Assembly: GCA_039917615.1 (NCBI GenBank)
Contig: JBDSJD010000031.1
Coordinates: 19,718 to 83,717 of the forward strand
Direction of reading: 5' to 3'
Length of the DNA stretch: 64,000 nt
DNA from: Steroidobacteraceae bacterium
GTDB taxonomy: Bacteria > Pseudomonadota > Gammaproteobacteria > Steroidobacterales > Steroidobacteraceae
Made by a program: the position numbers and the translations under genes. The notes beneath the pieces are model-generated. The model searched no databases and was not told the DNA's origin. It was given only the letters and a program-made list of their open reading frames with translations. Positions 48,557 to 56,652 of the stretch are shown here, piece by piece. The stretch's first letter is position 1. Each line of letters begins with the position of its first letter.

Positions 48557-49347
48557 GAGTTCACTCCTTTGAGGTATGGGTGAGCCCAGCCAAGTCCATC
48601 CAGCGTGCCTGCGGCGGGAAGGTACTCGCAACCGATATGGCCTTTGTAACCTATGGCATCGATATGCCGCAGCAGCCGCTCGAACGCAATTTCGCCTGTT
48701 CCCGGTTCATGCCTGCCCGGGTTGTCCGCGATCTGGATGTGGCCGATCCACGGCAGCAGCCGTTCCACCGAACGCATGAGATCGCCCTCCATGATCTGCA
48801 TGTGATAGACATCGTACTGCAGCTGGATGTTCGGACGGGTGGCGGCACTGATGCATTCCAGCGCGAGCCGCGTTGAATCGAGCAGGTAACCCGGCATGTC
48901 CACCTTTGTGTTGATCGGCTCGAGCATCACGGTGGCATCCACTTTCGCCAGTCGGTCAGCAGCACGGACAATGCTGCCGATGTATTGGTCGATGTGCTTC
49001 GTGTGATCTGCGCCGACAGGCAGCATTCCGGCCATGACGTGCACGCGCTTGCAGCCGGTAGCTGCAACGTATTCAAGCGCCCGCCCGATGCTGGCGTCGA
49101 ACTCTTGCTCCCTGCCGGGCAGTGACGCCAGGCCGCGTTCACCTGCTTCGAACCGCCCGGGTGGCGCATTGAAAAGCATCAAGGGCATGCCGTTGGCTGC
49201 AAGGCGCTGCGCCATTTCGAAGGGTTCAACCACATAGGGGAACTGGCATTCAACTGCACGGAAACCCGCCTGTACCGCTGCCTCGATACGCTCGAGGAAT
49301 GGCAGCTCAGTAAACGTGGTCGAGATGTTGGCGGCGAGGCGAATCAT
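48553..49347 (-). CDS. hyi: hydroxypyruvate isomerase-like (xylose isomerase-like TIM barrel) protein
   Basis: MIRLAANISTTFTELPFLERIEAAVQAGFRAVECQFPY and GHIQIAD..GRHEPGTGEI resemble Hyi/OtnI-type enzymes. Confidence 0.75.
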   Translation of the reverse strand: MIRLAANISTTFTELPFLERIEAAVQAGFRAVECQFPYVVEPFEMAQRLAANGMPLMLFNAPPGRFEAGERGLASLPGREQEFDASIGRALEYVAATGCKRVHVMAGMLPVGADHTKHIDQYIGSIVRAADRLAKVDATVMLEPINTKVDMPGYLLDSTRLALECISAATRPNIQLQYDVYHMQIMEGDLMRSVERLLPWIGHIQIADNPGRHEPGTGEIAFERLLRHIDAIGYKGHIGCEYLPAAGTLDGLGWAHPYLKGVNS

Positions 49348-49442
49348 GCCGCTACATTACCCTGTACGGCGAGGCGGTGATACGCTTCCATCGCGTCGGG
49401 AAAGACGCATTGTTCTGGGAATGACCAACGGCATGGCGATTG

Positions 49443-50369
49443 ATGAGTAACGAGAAGGCGGCGCAGATACTGGCCTACCTGCATGCATTGCAGGAACGGC
49501 TCTGCAACACCTTCGGCACGCAGATGGGCGGCACCTTCCTGCGCGACGAGTGGCAGCGCCCGGCGGGGGAAGGCAAGCTGCAGGGCGGCGGCGTAACAGC
49601 GGTACAGGAAGGCGCCGCGGTCATGGAACGGGCCGGCGTGGCGCTGTCGGACGTGCGCGGCTCGCAGCTGCCGCCATCGGCCACCGCGCGCAATCCCGAA
49701 CTCGCGGGGCGCGAGTTCCGCGCCATGGGTCTGTCGGTGGTCATGCATCCGCGCAATCCGCATGCGCCCATCAGCCACATGAATGTGCGCTTCTTCAGCG
49801 CTGGCGATGTCTGGTGGTTTGGCGGCGGCATCGATCTGACACCCTGCATCCCCTATGAGCAGGACATCGTGCTCTGGCATCGCGCGGCACGTGATGGCTG
49901 CGCGACGGTCTCGCCTGCCATCTATCCGCTAGCGCGGCAGCAATGCGACGAATACTTCTGGCTCAAACATCGCAATGAGTCACGCGGCATCGGTGGCATC
50001 TTCTATGACGACGTAAACGAAAGCACACCGGGCATGCCGCTGACATGGGAACAGGGATTCGAACTCATGCAGCAGACTGGCAATGCCTACCACAATGCCT
50101 ATCTTTCAATCATGAACCAGCGTCGTGACACACCAGGCAACGACCGGGAGCGCAGTTATCAACTGCATCGCCGTGGAAGATATGTGGAATTCAATCTGGT
50201 GTTCGACCGGGGCACGCTGTTCGGCCTGCAGTCCGGCGGCCGCACTGAATCAATTCTGGTGTCGATGCCGCCGGAAGCACGTTGGTCCTATGCGAGCACG
50301 GATCCGGAAATGGATGCGAACCTGCTGCCCTATCTGACGACGCTGCGCGGCAAGGACTGGCTGGCCTGA
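49443..50369 (+). CDS. hemF: oxygen-dependent coproporphyrinogen III oxidase
   Basis: ATG at 49443 (the track start at 49440 is TTG). Motifs VMERAGVALS, MHPRNPHAP, WWFGGGIDLTP, RGIGGIFYD and GRTESILVSMPP. Confidence 0.93.
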   Translation: MSNEKAAQILAYLHALQERLCNTFGTQMGGTFLRDEWQRPAGEGKLQGGGVTAVQEGAAVMERAGVALSDVRGSQLPPSATARNPELAGREFRAMGLSVVMHPRNPHAPISHMNVRFFSAGDVWWFGGGIDLTPCIPYEQDIVLWHRAARDGCATVSPAIYPLARQQCDEYFWLKHRNESRGIGGIFYDDVNESTPGMPLTWEQGFELMQQTGNAYHNAYLSIMNQRRDTPGNDRERSYQLHRRGRYVEFNLVFDRGTLFGLQSGGRTESILVSMPPEARWSYASTDPEMDANLLPYLTTLRGKDWLA

Positions 50370-50485
50370 CACGCAGGTTGGTTTGAATCCCAGCTCTCGG
50401 ATAGGCGGCACGTCAGCAAGGTCGTCGTCATCTGCTTGCCACTACGCATAGGTCGGGTCGGCCGATACCCTTCCCGCACTTAGGA

Positions 50486-50516
50486 TGCAGCGCGCGATAA
50501 CAAACCGCGCGCTGCA
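50486..50516 (-). terminator. GC-rich hairpin downstream of the TonB-dependent receptor
   Basis: tgcagcgcgcg (50486-50496) pairs with cgcgcgctgca (50506-50516) across a 9-nt loop. No strong U-tract. Confidence 0.4.
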
Positions 50517-50546
50517 CCACTCGAGAACCCAACCGACCGCGTCAAC

Positions 50547-53500
50547 TTAGAATGAAGCTTTCAGCGCGAACGTGAAAGTCCGGCCTTCGAAGTCATAATA
50601 AGCCGGCAATTCAGGTTGGTTGGTATAACGGTAGAGCGACTCCTTGGTGAGGTTGAACCCGGAGAGTTGAATGCTGACTCGGTCCGTCAAGTTGTACGAT
50701 GCTGACGCATCCCATTGATGGCGGGCAGCGACCATGATGTTGGCGTTTGGCTGTAAGAATGTGCTGGGGGAATAGGCCGCCCGCCAGGCGTAGGTGCCGC
50801 GCACGCCCCACTTCTTGGTTTCATAGTACAGCACCGCATTCATCGACTTCGGTGAAACGTTGTTCAAAGTGGGGGTTTGGCCGTTGAGTGGATCGCTCTT
50901 TGCGTAGGTGCGCGTGTAGTTGAACACGGTACCCAGATTGTTGAATGGCATGGGCAGAAAGTCGAAATTCTGCTGCATGTTGAATTCGTATCCGTGCACG
51001 TGAATTGGCTGGTCGTAGTTTATGTTGCCGGTAGCATTGACATAGAATTTCGTGCCGGGTGCCGCGAGGTCGGATTCACACCTCCCCGTAGTGGAATCCC
51101 AGGTCAGATGGCCCAGGCCATATTGAGTGGCATCCGGCGGGCAGATCAGGCTTTTATCGACGACCGCGGCGATGAAGCCTTTGATCGTCTTCTGATAATA
51201 GGCAAGCGAGAGTACGCTGCCAGGGCGATTGTACCACTCAAGCGACACGTCCTTGGAGAAGGACGTGTAGGGACGAATGTTCGGATTGCCGTAGGTCAGC
51301 GTGACGGAGGTGTTGCCCGACGAGTCCTGGGTCGGAACGCCGATGACGCTAACCGGTACGTTCTGGCGGATCAGTGGCGCCGCATAGGATTTGTAACCGG
51401 CCAGCCGCAGTACGAGGCTATCGGTTAAATCCGCCACGATGATCGCCGAAGGCAAAGTGTAGTGGTGCTTTGACGTGAACTTCGTATATTCGAAGTCAGA
51501 CGGCTTACCGAGCCCTGTGCTCGGCCTGACCCCGGTCAAAGCGTTCGTGGTCGAGTCAAGCGTTTCGTACCGCACGCCGGCATTGCCGCGGATGGGAATG
51601 CCGAAGGCAGTTGCGTTATACCTGCCTTGGACGAAGCCGGCGTTGGTGTTCGTCCCATATGTGAAATTGTTCCGCCGGTAAAAGTCGTTGTTGTAATAGA
51701 TATTGTAGCCAAGATCGCTGAGCCCGGCACCCGGGTAAACCGTCACCGGCTGGATCGCCGTCAGGAACGAATTGTCGGAGATGGTCCAAGTCGACAGTCC
51801 GTTGCTTCCAAGCCTGCCTCCGAAGAACGAGCCCATGAACGGGGACGGCTGGATCATCGATTGGGTCAAATTCTGCGTTTGCAGTCCGTAAGCGCTAGTC
51901 CGCACGGCCTGTGAGTCATATACGACTTTAGTTGTTTCCGCCCCGCCCGCGAGGCTGAATTGCTCGGCGAGCGCATATTCGCCATGCACTTTGCCTGTGG
52001 AGACATGTTGCTGCCCCCAGCTCGGTGAGCCGGTGAATCGAATCCGGCGGTGGCTATTGGCTATGGTCGTTCCGTCGAGCAGTACCGTCGGGTCGATGGC
52101 TGGATTCCAGTTCCACGTGCCGCTTACCTCCGGTTGCGCGAAGACGAGTGAGCTCTGACCTGGTGGCGGCGTCAGATGAAAGAGAAAGTCGTCGATTGAG
52201 CCGGCCCCATCATGCCATTCGCCAACGATGCCATTACCGGCCCCGCCCAACGGGGTGCCCGCGATATTCAGCGTTTCGAAATCATACTGCTGTTCGAGGA
52301 AATAGGCGCTCGAACTGCTCTTCGAGGCGATGGCGTTGACCTTGAGCGGGCCATGTGCGTAATCCAGATTCGCGAATAGGCCCTGCGCCTTGGCTTTCGT
52401 ATAATATTCCCGCGTCGACATCCACACGGCGGGGTTGAGCACCTTGATGTCGTGGACGATCCATCGGCCGTCCTCCAGCATCACAGGCGCTGACTGCGGC
52501 AGGATGGTTGAGCCGGCGCCGTTAGCTGTAGCTATCGCAAAATATTGATGGGTTCCGTTCAGGTCTTTGTCGGAACTAAAACCGTTCAAGCCAAGTTTGA
52601 GGTCATCGTTGACCTCATATTCAACGCCGCCGGAAAAGCCCAAGGTGTTGCCCTTGTTGATCCGGGTATATTGGCCGCGGCACCGGCGAATACAAAACGC
52701 CCGTGGTAGCGGTGGTGCCCGTGCCCGTCGGAGTGGCGCTGCAAAATCTCGCCGTCGAGCCCACGCAGGTCGACGCATAGTACTTCGCATAATCGGCTGT
52801 GAAATTCGGCGTGTTCGTCGGGCTGAGCGTGCTTTGGGCGCCATTGAACAATGCCTGATCGCGCCGGAAATTCTGCTTTTGATAGGCTACGTTCAGCGAC
52901 GCCGCCAACCGGTCGGAAAAGTGATGATTCAGGCGGAGGGAAAAGCCCGGCGCGACCAGCTTTCCAAGTTCGTTGTACTCATAGGAGGCCGTCAACCTCT
53001 TCACGTCCTTCGCTTCGAGAGCTCCGCCGATACGCAGATCGACGCGCCCGGCAATCGCGCCCGACTGAACGTCGGCCATCGGCGTTTTTTCAACGCGCGC
53101 CGAATTGAAGATATCGGACGGGTAGGCGCCAAACGGATTGGAACTCAGAACGAGCGGCAAGGCATAGATAACGCCGTTGATCGTCGGCAGTGAGTATTCA
53201 CCCGGCAGGCCGCGGATGCTGAGGGTCGACTCTCGACCTTCTTCCGTGCGGCTGATCTGGACGCCGGGAAGGCGCTGCAGGGCCTCGCCAAGGTTCAGGT
53301 CGGGAAGCTTATCGAGACCCTCGGCAGAGATCCCGTCGCTGATTTCCAGGCCCTGCTTCTTCTCAAGAACAGCGTCAGCATACGCTTTGCGGATGCCGGC
53401 GGTAATGACAACTTCCTCCAACAAATCTGCGCTCGAATCTGCCCCGCTTGATCCTGGCTTCTCTGCCGTTGCCTGGCTTTCGGGCCGCGTATTGGCAGAC

Positions 53501-53607
53501 TGTTGAGCGGCAGTCTGGGCGAACGCGGGCGTTGCAATCGCAATCGCAATCGCAATCGCAATCGAACAAAGGCCGGTCGTCGCCAGCATTGTGACCTTAA
53601 GTGACAT
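50547..53607 (-). pseudogene. TonB-dependent receptor (sugar/CUT-locus type) interrupted by a single frameshift
   Basis: The signal peptide, plug and first strands are in ORF 52621..53613. The barrel ending in the terminal Phe (TFALKASF) is in ORF 50547..52844, one frame away. Removing 1 nt near 52673-52676 restores ...GVLYSPVPRQYTRINKGNTLGFSGGVEYE... ATG 53607 has the better SD spacing. A sequencing error cannot be excluded. Confidence 0.6.
53534..53563. repeat. (GCAATC)5 hexanucleotide tandem repeat inside the receptor signal peptide
   Basis: Five perfect head-to-tail gcaatc units were read directly from the sequence. On the minus strand they encode (Ile-Ala)5 in the h-region, SIAIAIAIAIATPAFA. 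Confidence 0.95.
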
Positions 53608-53667
53608 GAGCATCCCCCGTGAAGAACTGAGTCGAGCTCGTCTGAGCGAGCGCGTTAGCCCTGCAAT

Positions 53668-54933
53668 TTGGCCACCATTTCATATTGCGGACAAGTGTCT
53701 TTTTACGCAAAATATGGACTGTTTTGCGCAACCAGGTGGTTTATCAAAATCCAAGTTGGCACCACGGCTCGCTCGAAGGTACGGACGGGACGTCTCCGCG
53801 TTGCGCTATCGGTGCCGCACGGCATCCCATTTTTGGAGCGTCTGCTTCACGCAATTGCAGAGCGGGCCGGCTTAACTGGCGGATGGACCTTGACTCGATT
53901 GCCTGAGGCGCTGGGAACATCGGTCGCCTGGCTCCGCGACTGGCCGGGGGATGGTGCTTTCGCGTTCATCGTCACCCAAGCGGATGCGCGGATCGCCCAG
54001 CGGCTGCCGTTTCCCCTGGTCAACCTCGCTTCTCACCTTAGAGTCACCGGGCTGCCAACAGTGGTTGTTGACCACGCACGGATTGGCGAGATGGCCGCCA
54101 GACACCTACTCGATCGAGGGTTTCAACGTTTTGGATATTACGGGGCCTCTGGACTTTGGTTCAGCCAGCTCCGCGGCGAGAGCTTTCGCCGGACTGTTGT
54201 TCAGGCAGGGGGCGAATGCAAAATCCTTGAAGGCAAGGCAGGGAATGCGAGGCGGGGATGGGGCAATCAACAGCAACAACTCGAAGCATGGGTTTCCACA
54301 TTGCGACCACCGGTCGGAATCATGGCCAGCAACGACCTGCGTGCAGGGATGGTTCTGGCGGCTTGTCGTCAGCTCAACCTTCGAGTGCCTGTAGATGTGG
54401 CCGTGATCGGCGTGGACAATGATCCGGTATTTGCCGAGTTCGACGACCCGCCACTGACTTCCGTCTCCCGCAATGACATGGAGGTGGGCCGGCAGGCAGC
54501 GGCGCTGCTTGCGCACCTCATGGCGGGAGGCAAGGCGCCGGCTGGGCCGATTTACATTTCCCCTGACGCAATCATCCAGCGGCAGTCCACAGAAACAGTC
54601 GCCGTCACCGACTCATTCGTCGCGCAGGCTATTAGTTACATTCGGAAGAACATTCATAGAGGATTTGGGGTGGAGGAATTGCTGAAGGAAGTTCAAATTT
54701 CACGGCGGTCGCTGGAGTATCACTTCCGTCGGGCGTTGCAGAGCAGTCCATATGACTACATGAACAGAATGCGCGTCGAAGCCGCCAAGCGGCTGCTTGC
54801 CGGCCCGGATCGGCCCAAGACATCTGTCGTTTCCAAATCCTGTGGGTTTCAGGACTCGCGCCGGTTTCGACTCGTGTTCAAGCACCACACAGGGATAACC
54901 CCAGAGGCATACCGCCGCTCACTTGAGCCGTAG
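53668..54933 (+). CDS. XylR-type regulator (periplasmic-binding-protein-like sugar sensor + AraC HTH)
   Basis: LacI/PBP-like N-terminal domain (RVALSVPHG..., GIMASNDLRAGMVLAACRQL, VIGVDND). C-terminal AraC HTH (ISRRSLEYHFRRAL...CGFQDSRRFRLVFKHHTG). The start is uncertain (TTG 53668 or GTG 53695), and both lie in or next to the repeat element. Confidence 0.8.
   Translation: MATISYCGQVSFYAKYGLFCATRWFIKIQVGTTARSKVRTGRLRVALSVPHGIPFLERLLHAIAERAGLTGGWTLTRLPEALGTSVAWLRDWPGDGAFAFIVTQADARIAQRLPFPLVNLASHLRVTGLPTVVVDHARIGEMAARHLLDRGFQRFGYYGASGLWFSQLRGESFRRTVVQAGGECKILEGKAGNARRGWGNQQQQLEAWVSTLRPPVGIMASNDLRAGMVLAACRQLNLRVPVDVAVIGVDNDPVFAEFDDPPLTSVSRNDMEVGRQAAALLAHLMAGGKAPAGPIYISPDAIIQRQSTETVAVTDSFVAQAISYIRKNIHRGFGVEELLKEVQISRRSLEYHFRRALQSSPYDYMNRMRVEAAKRLLAGPDRPKTSVVSKSCGFQDSRRFRLVFKHHTGITPEAYRRSLEP
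53672..53760 (+). repeat. 89-bp conserved intergenic element, copy A (contains CGCAAAA-N9-TTTTGCG inverted repeat)
   Basis: Hand alignment gives 81/89 identity, ungapped, to the reverse complement of 56454..56542. The inverted-repeat arms lie at 53706-53712 and 53722-53728. Confidence 0.9.
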
Positions 54934-54955
54934 TCAATATCGCGTCAGCGCATGC

Positions 54956-56395
54956 TTAGAGTTTGTAGAACTGCTCCCATTCCTTGCGCGGCGGCACGCC
55001 GGCCAGCAGGTCGTTGGCGATCTTGTTGTCAGTGATCTGCTTGGTCGTGCGGTCGAACTTGAACTTGCCGCCGACCCGCTGGGCGATACAGCCCAAGGCC
55101 ATCATCTGGCTCAACGGCCCTGCGACGGCAAAGTTGGATCGACACGTTTCCTGGCCCATCACGCTCAGGAGGAAGTTGCGGTGGTGGTTGGACGGACTCG
55201 GCGGGACCTCCGGCAGTTTGGAGGCCATCTCGCGGGCCTTGGCTTCGGGGATGATCTGAAGGGTCGATCCGTGGGTGCCGCCTTTGAACGTCAGACCTTC
55301 GCCATAAATGACCTTGCCGGGGCTCAGCCCCTGCGGGGCCGCCAGTGTGCCGCTGGTGGGCGGCGGAATGTTCGGATCGACAATGTTGCCGCCAAAATCA
55401 GCGGGCAGTGGCGGCAGATTCTTCTGCCCGTCGTACCAGGTCAGTTCGCAGGCAGGCATGCTGCCTCGGGCGGGGAAGCGGAACGCCAGCGTGGACGCCT
55501 GCGGGAAGATGAACTTGCTCCGGCCCTCCAGCAACACGGCTTCGACTTCCTCGGGCAAGCCCAGGTTCAGGAACTCGTGGCAGGTATCAAAAATGTGTGC
55601 GCCCCAATCGCCGAGTGCGCCGTTGCCCAGTTCGAACCACGAACGCCATTCACCCACACCATAGCCCTTGTTGTACTTCAGCTTCTTCGCGGTGGCATTC
55701 CATGTTTCCCAGTCGAGCGTCCCGGGGATGGGCTGTTCCGGGAGGAAGTCATCGAAGGTCTTGCCGTGCCAACGGCGGGAGTTATTCATGAACGCGGTGA
55801 TCTTCTTGACGTTCTTGATGATGCCCGCCTCGGTCCACGCCTTGAACTGGAAATAGTTGGCGTCGGAGTGGCCTTGGTTGCCCATCTGCGTGGCTACTTT
55901 GTATTTCTTTTCAGCATCCATCATTAGCTGGATCTGGTGAAAGCTGTGGGCCATGGGCTTTTCCACATACACGCCCTTGCCCAGGGACATGGCCAGCATC
56001 GCAATCGGGAAATGCGAAAAATCAGGCGTGGCGATCAGGCACGCATCGATCTCCTTGCCCATCTTGTCGAACATCTTGCGGAAGTCCTGGAACCGCGGCA
56101 CGTTCGGATGATTGCGCAGCGTGGCCTGGGTCGGCTCGGCGCCGATGTCTGTGTCGCAGAGCGCCACGACGTTGGCCAGCCCCGTTCGCGTCAGGGCGGT
56201 GACGTCACCGGCGCCTTGGCCGCCGATGCCGATGCACGCAAGGTTGACGCGGTCGCTGGGACTTGCTCCAGCCCGCGCCTCGGCAGCCCGCATCATGCGC
56301 GGCGTCAACACGCTGGCAGCACCCCCGGCAAGCGCGCCGTGAAGAAACGCCCGACGGTTAATTCCGGTTACGACGGGTCTACGACGCGATTTCAT
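54956..56395 (-). CDS. TAT-exported Gfo/Idh/MocA-family oxidoreductase
   Basis: Twin-arginine signal INRRAFLHGALAGGAASV. Rossmann motif NLACIGIGGQGAGD. Long C-terminal domain typical of periplasmic glycoside/sugar 3-dehydrogenase-like Gfo/Idh/MocA proteins. Confidence 0.85.
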   Translation of the reverse strand: MKSRRRPVVTGINRRAFLHGALAGGAASVLTPRMMRAAEARAGASPSDRVNLACIGIGGQGAGDVTALTRTGLANVVALCDTDIGAEPTQATLRNHPNVPRFQDFRKMFDKMGKEIDACLIATPDFSHFPIAMLAMSLGKGVYVEKPMAHSFHQIQLMMDAEKKYKVATQMGNQGHSDANYFQFKAWTEAGIIKNVKKITAFMNNSRRWHGKTFDDFLPEQPIPGTLDWETWNATAKKLKYNKGYGVGEWRSWFELGNGALGDWGAHIFDTCHEFLNLGLPEEVEAVLLEGRSKFIFPQASTLAFRFPARGSMPACELTWYDGQKNLPPLPADFGGNIVDPNIPPPTSGTLAAPQGLSPGKVIYGEGLTFKGGTHGSTLQIIPEAKAREMASKLPEVPPSPSNHHRNFLLSVMGQETCRSNFAVAGPLSQMMALGCIAQRVGGKFKFDRTTKQITDNKIANDLLAGVPPRKEWEQFYKL

Positions 56396-56453
56396 AGTAA
56401 GGCTCCATTCTTCGTTAGTGACCGGGTGTCACAAGACGCCTACAGCTTGGCAC

Positions 56454-56542
56454 GCCAACTTGGATTTTGACAAATCACCTGATTGCGCAAAACAGTCCAT
56501 CTTTTGCGTGAAAGGACACTGGTCCGCAATATGAAAAGGTGG
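56454..56542 (-). repeat. 89-bp conserved intergenic element, copy B
   Basis: Its reverse complement matches 53672..53760 at 81/89. The inverted-repeat arms lie at 56486-56492 and 56502-56508. It sits in the divergent promoter region between 56395 and 56653. Confidence 0.9.
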
Positions 56543-56652
56543 TGCAATTACTAGTCGGTGAGCGATCGCAGATGCCATAGCTGGCGCCCAGATTGTGGCC
56601 AGTGCGTTGGGAGGGGCTGGCTCAGCGACATTAGCCAGAGAGACGAAGTTCA

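Noticed and set aside
52621-52844. Possible programmed ribosomal frameshift in the TonB-dependent receptor
   Set aside because: There is no slippery heptamer and no obvious downstream structure at the junction, and the gene class has no precedent for recoding. I report it as a mutation or sequencing error instead.
53534-53563. Short regular repeats considered as a CRISPR-like array
   Set aside because: The units are 6 nt, contiguous, without spacers, and lie inside a coding signal peptide. This is a microsatellite, not a CRISPR array. I saw no CRISPR array anywhere in the window.
54923-55927. 334-aa plus-strand ORF, and similar ORFs at 60950..61858 (-), 30267..31223 (+) and 43038..43598 (-)
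   Set aside because: All are antisense to genes with strong motif support (Gfo/Idh/MocA, esterase-DUF1080, ileS, iorB) and lack any motif of their own.
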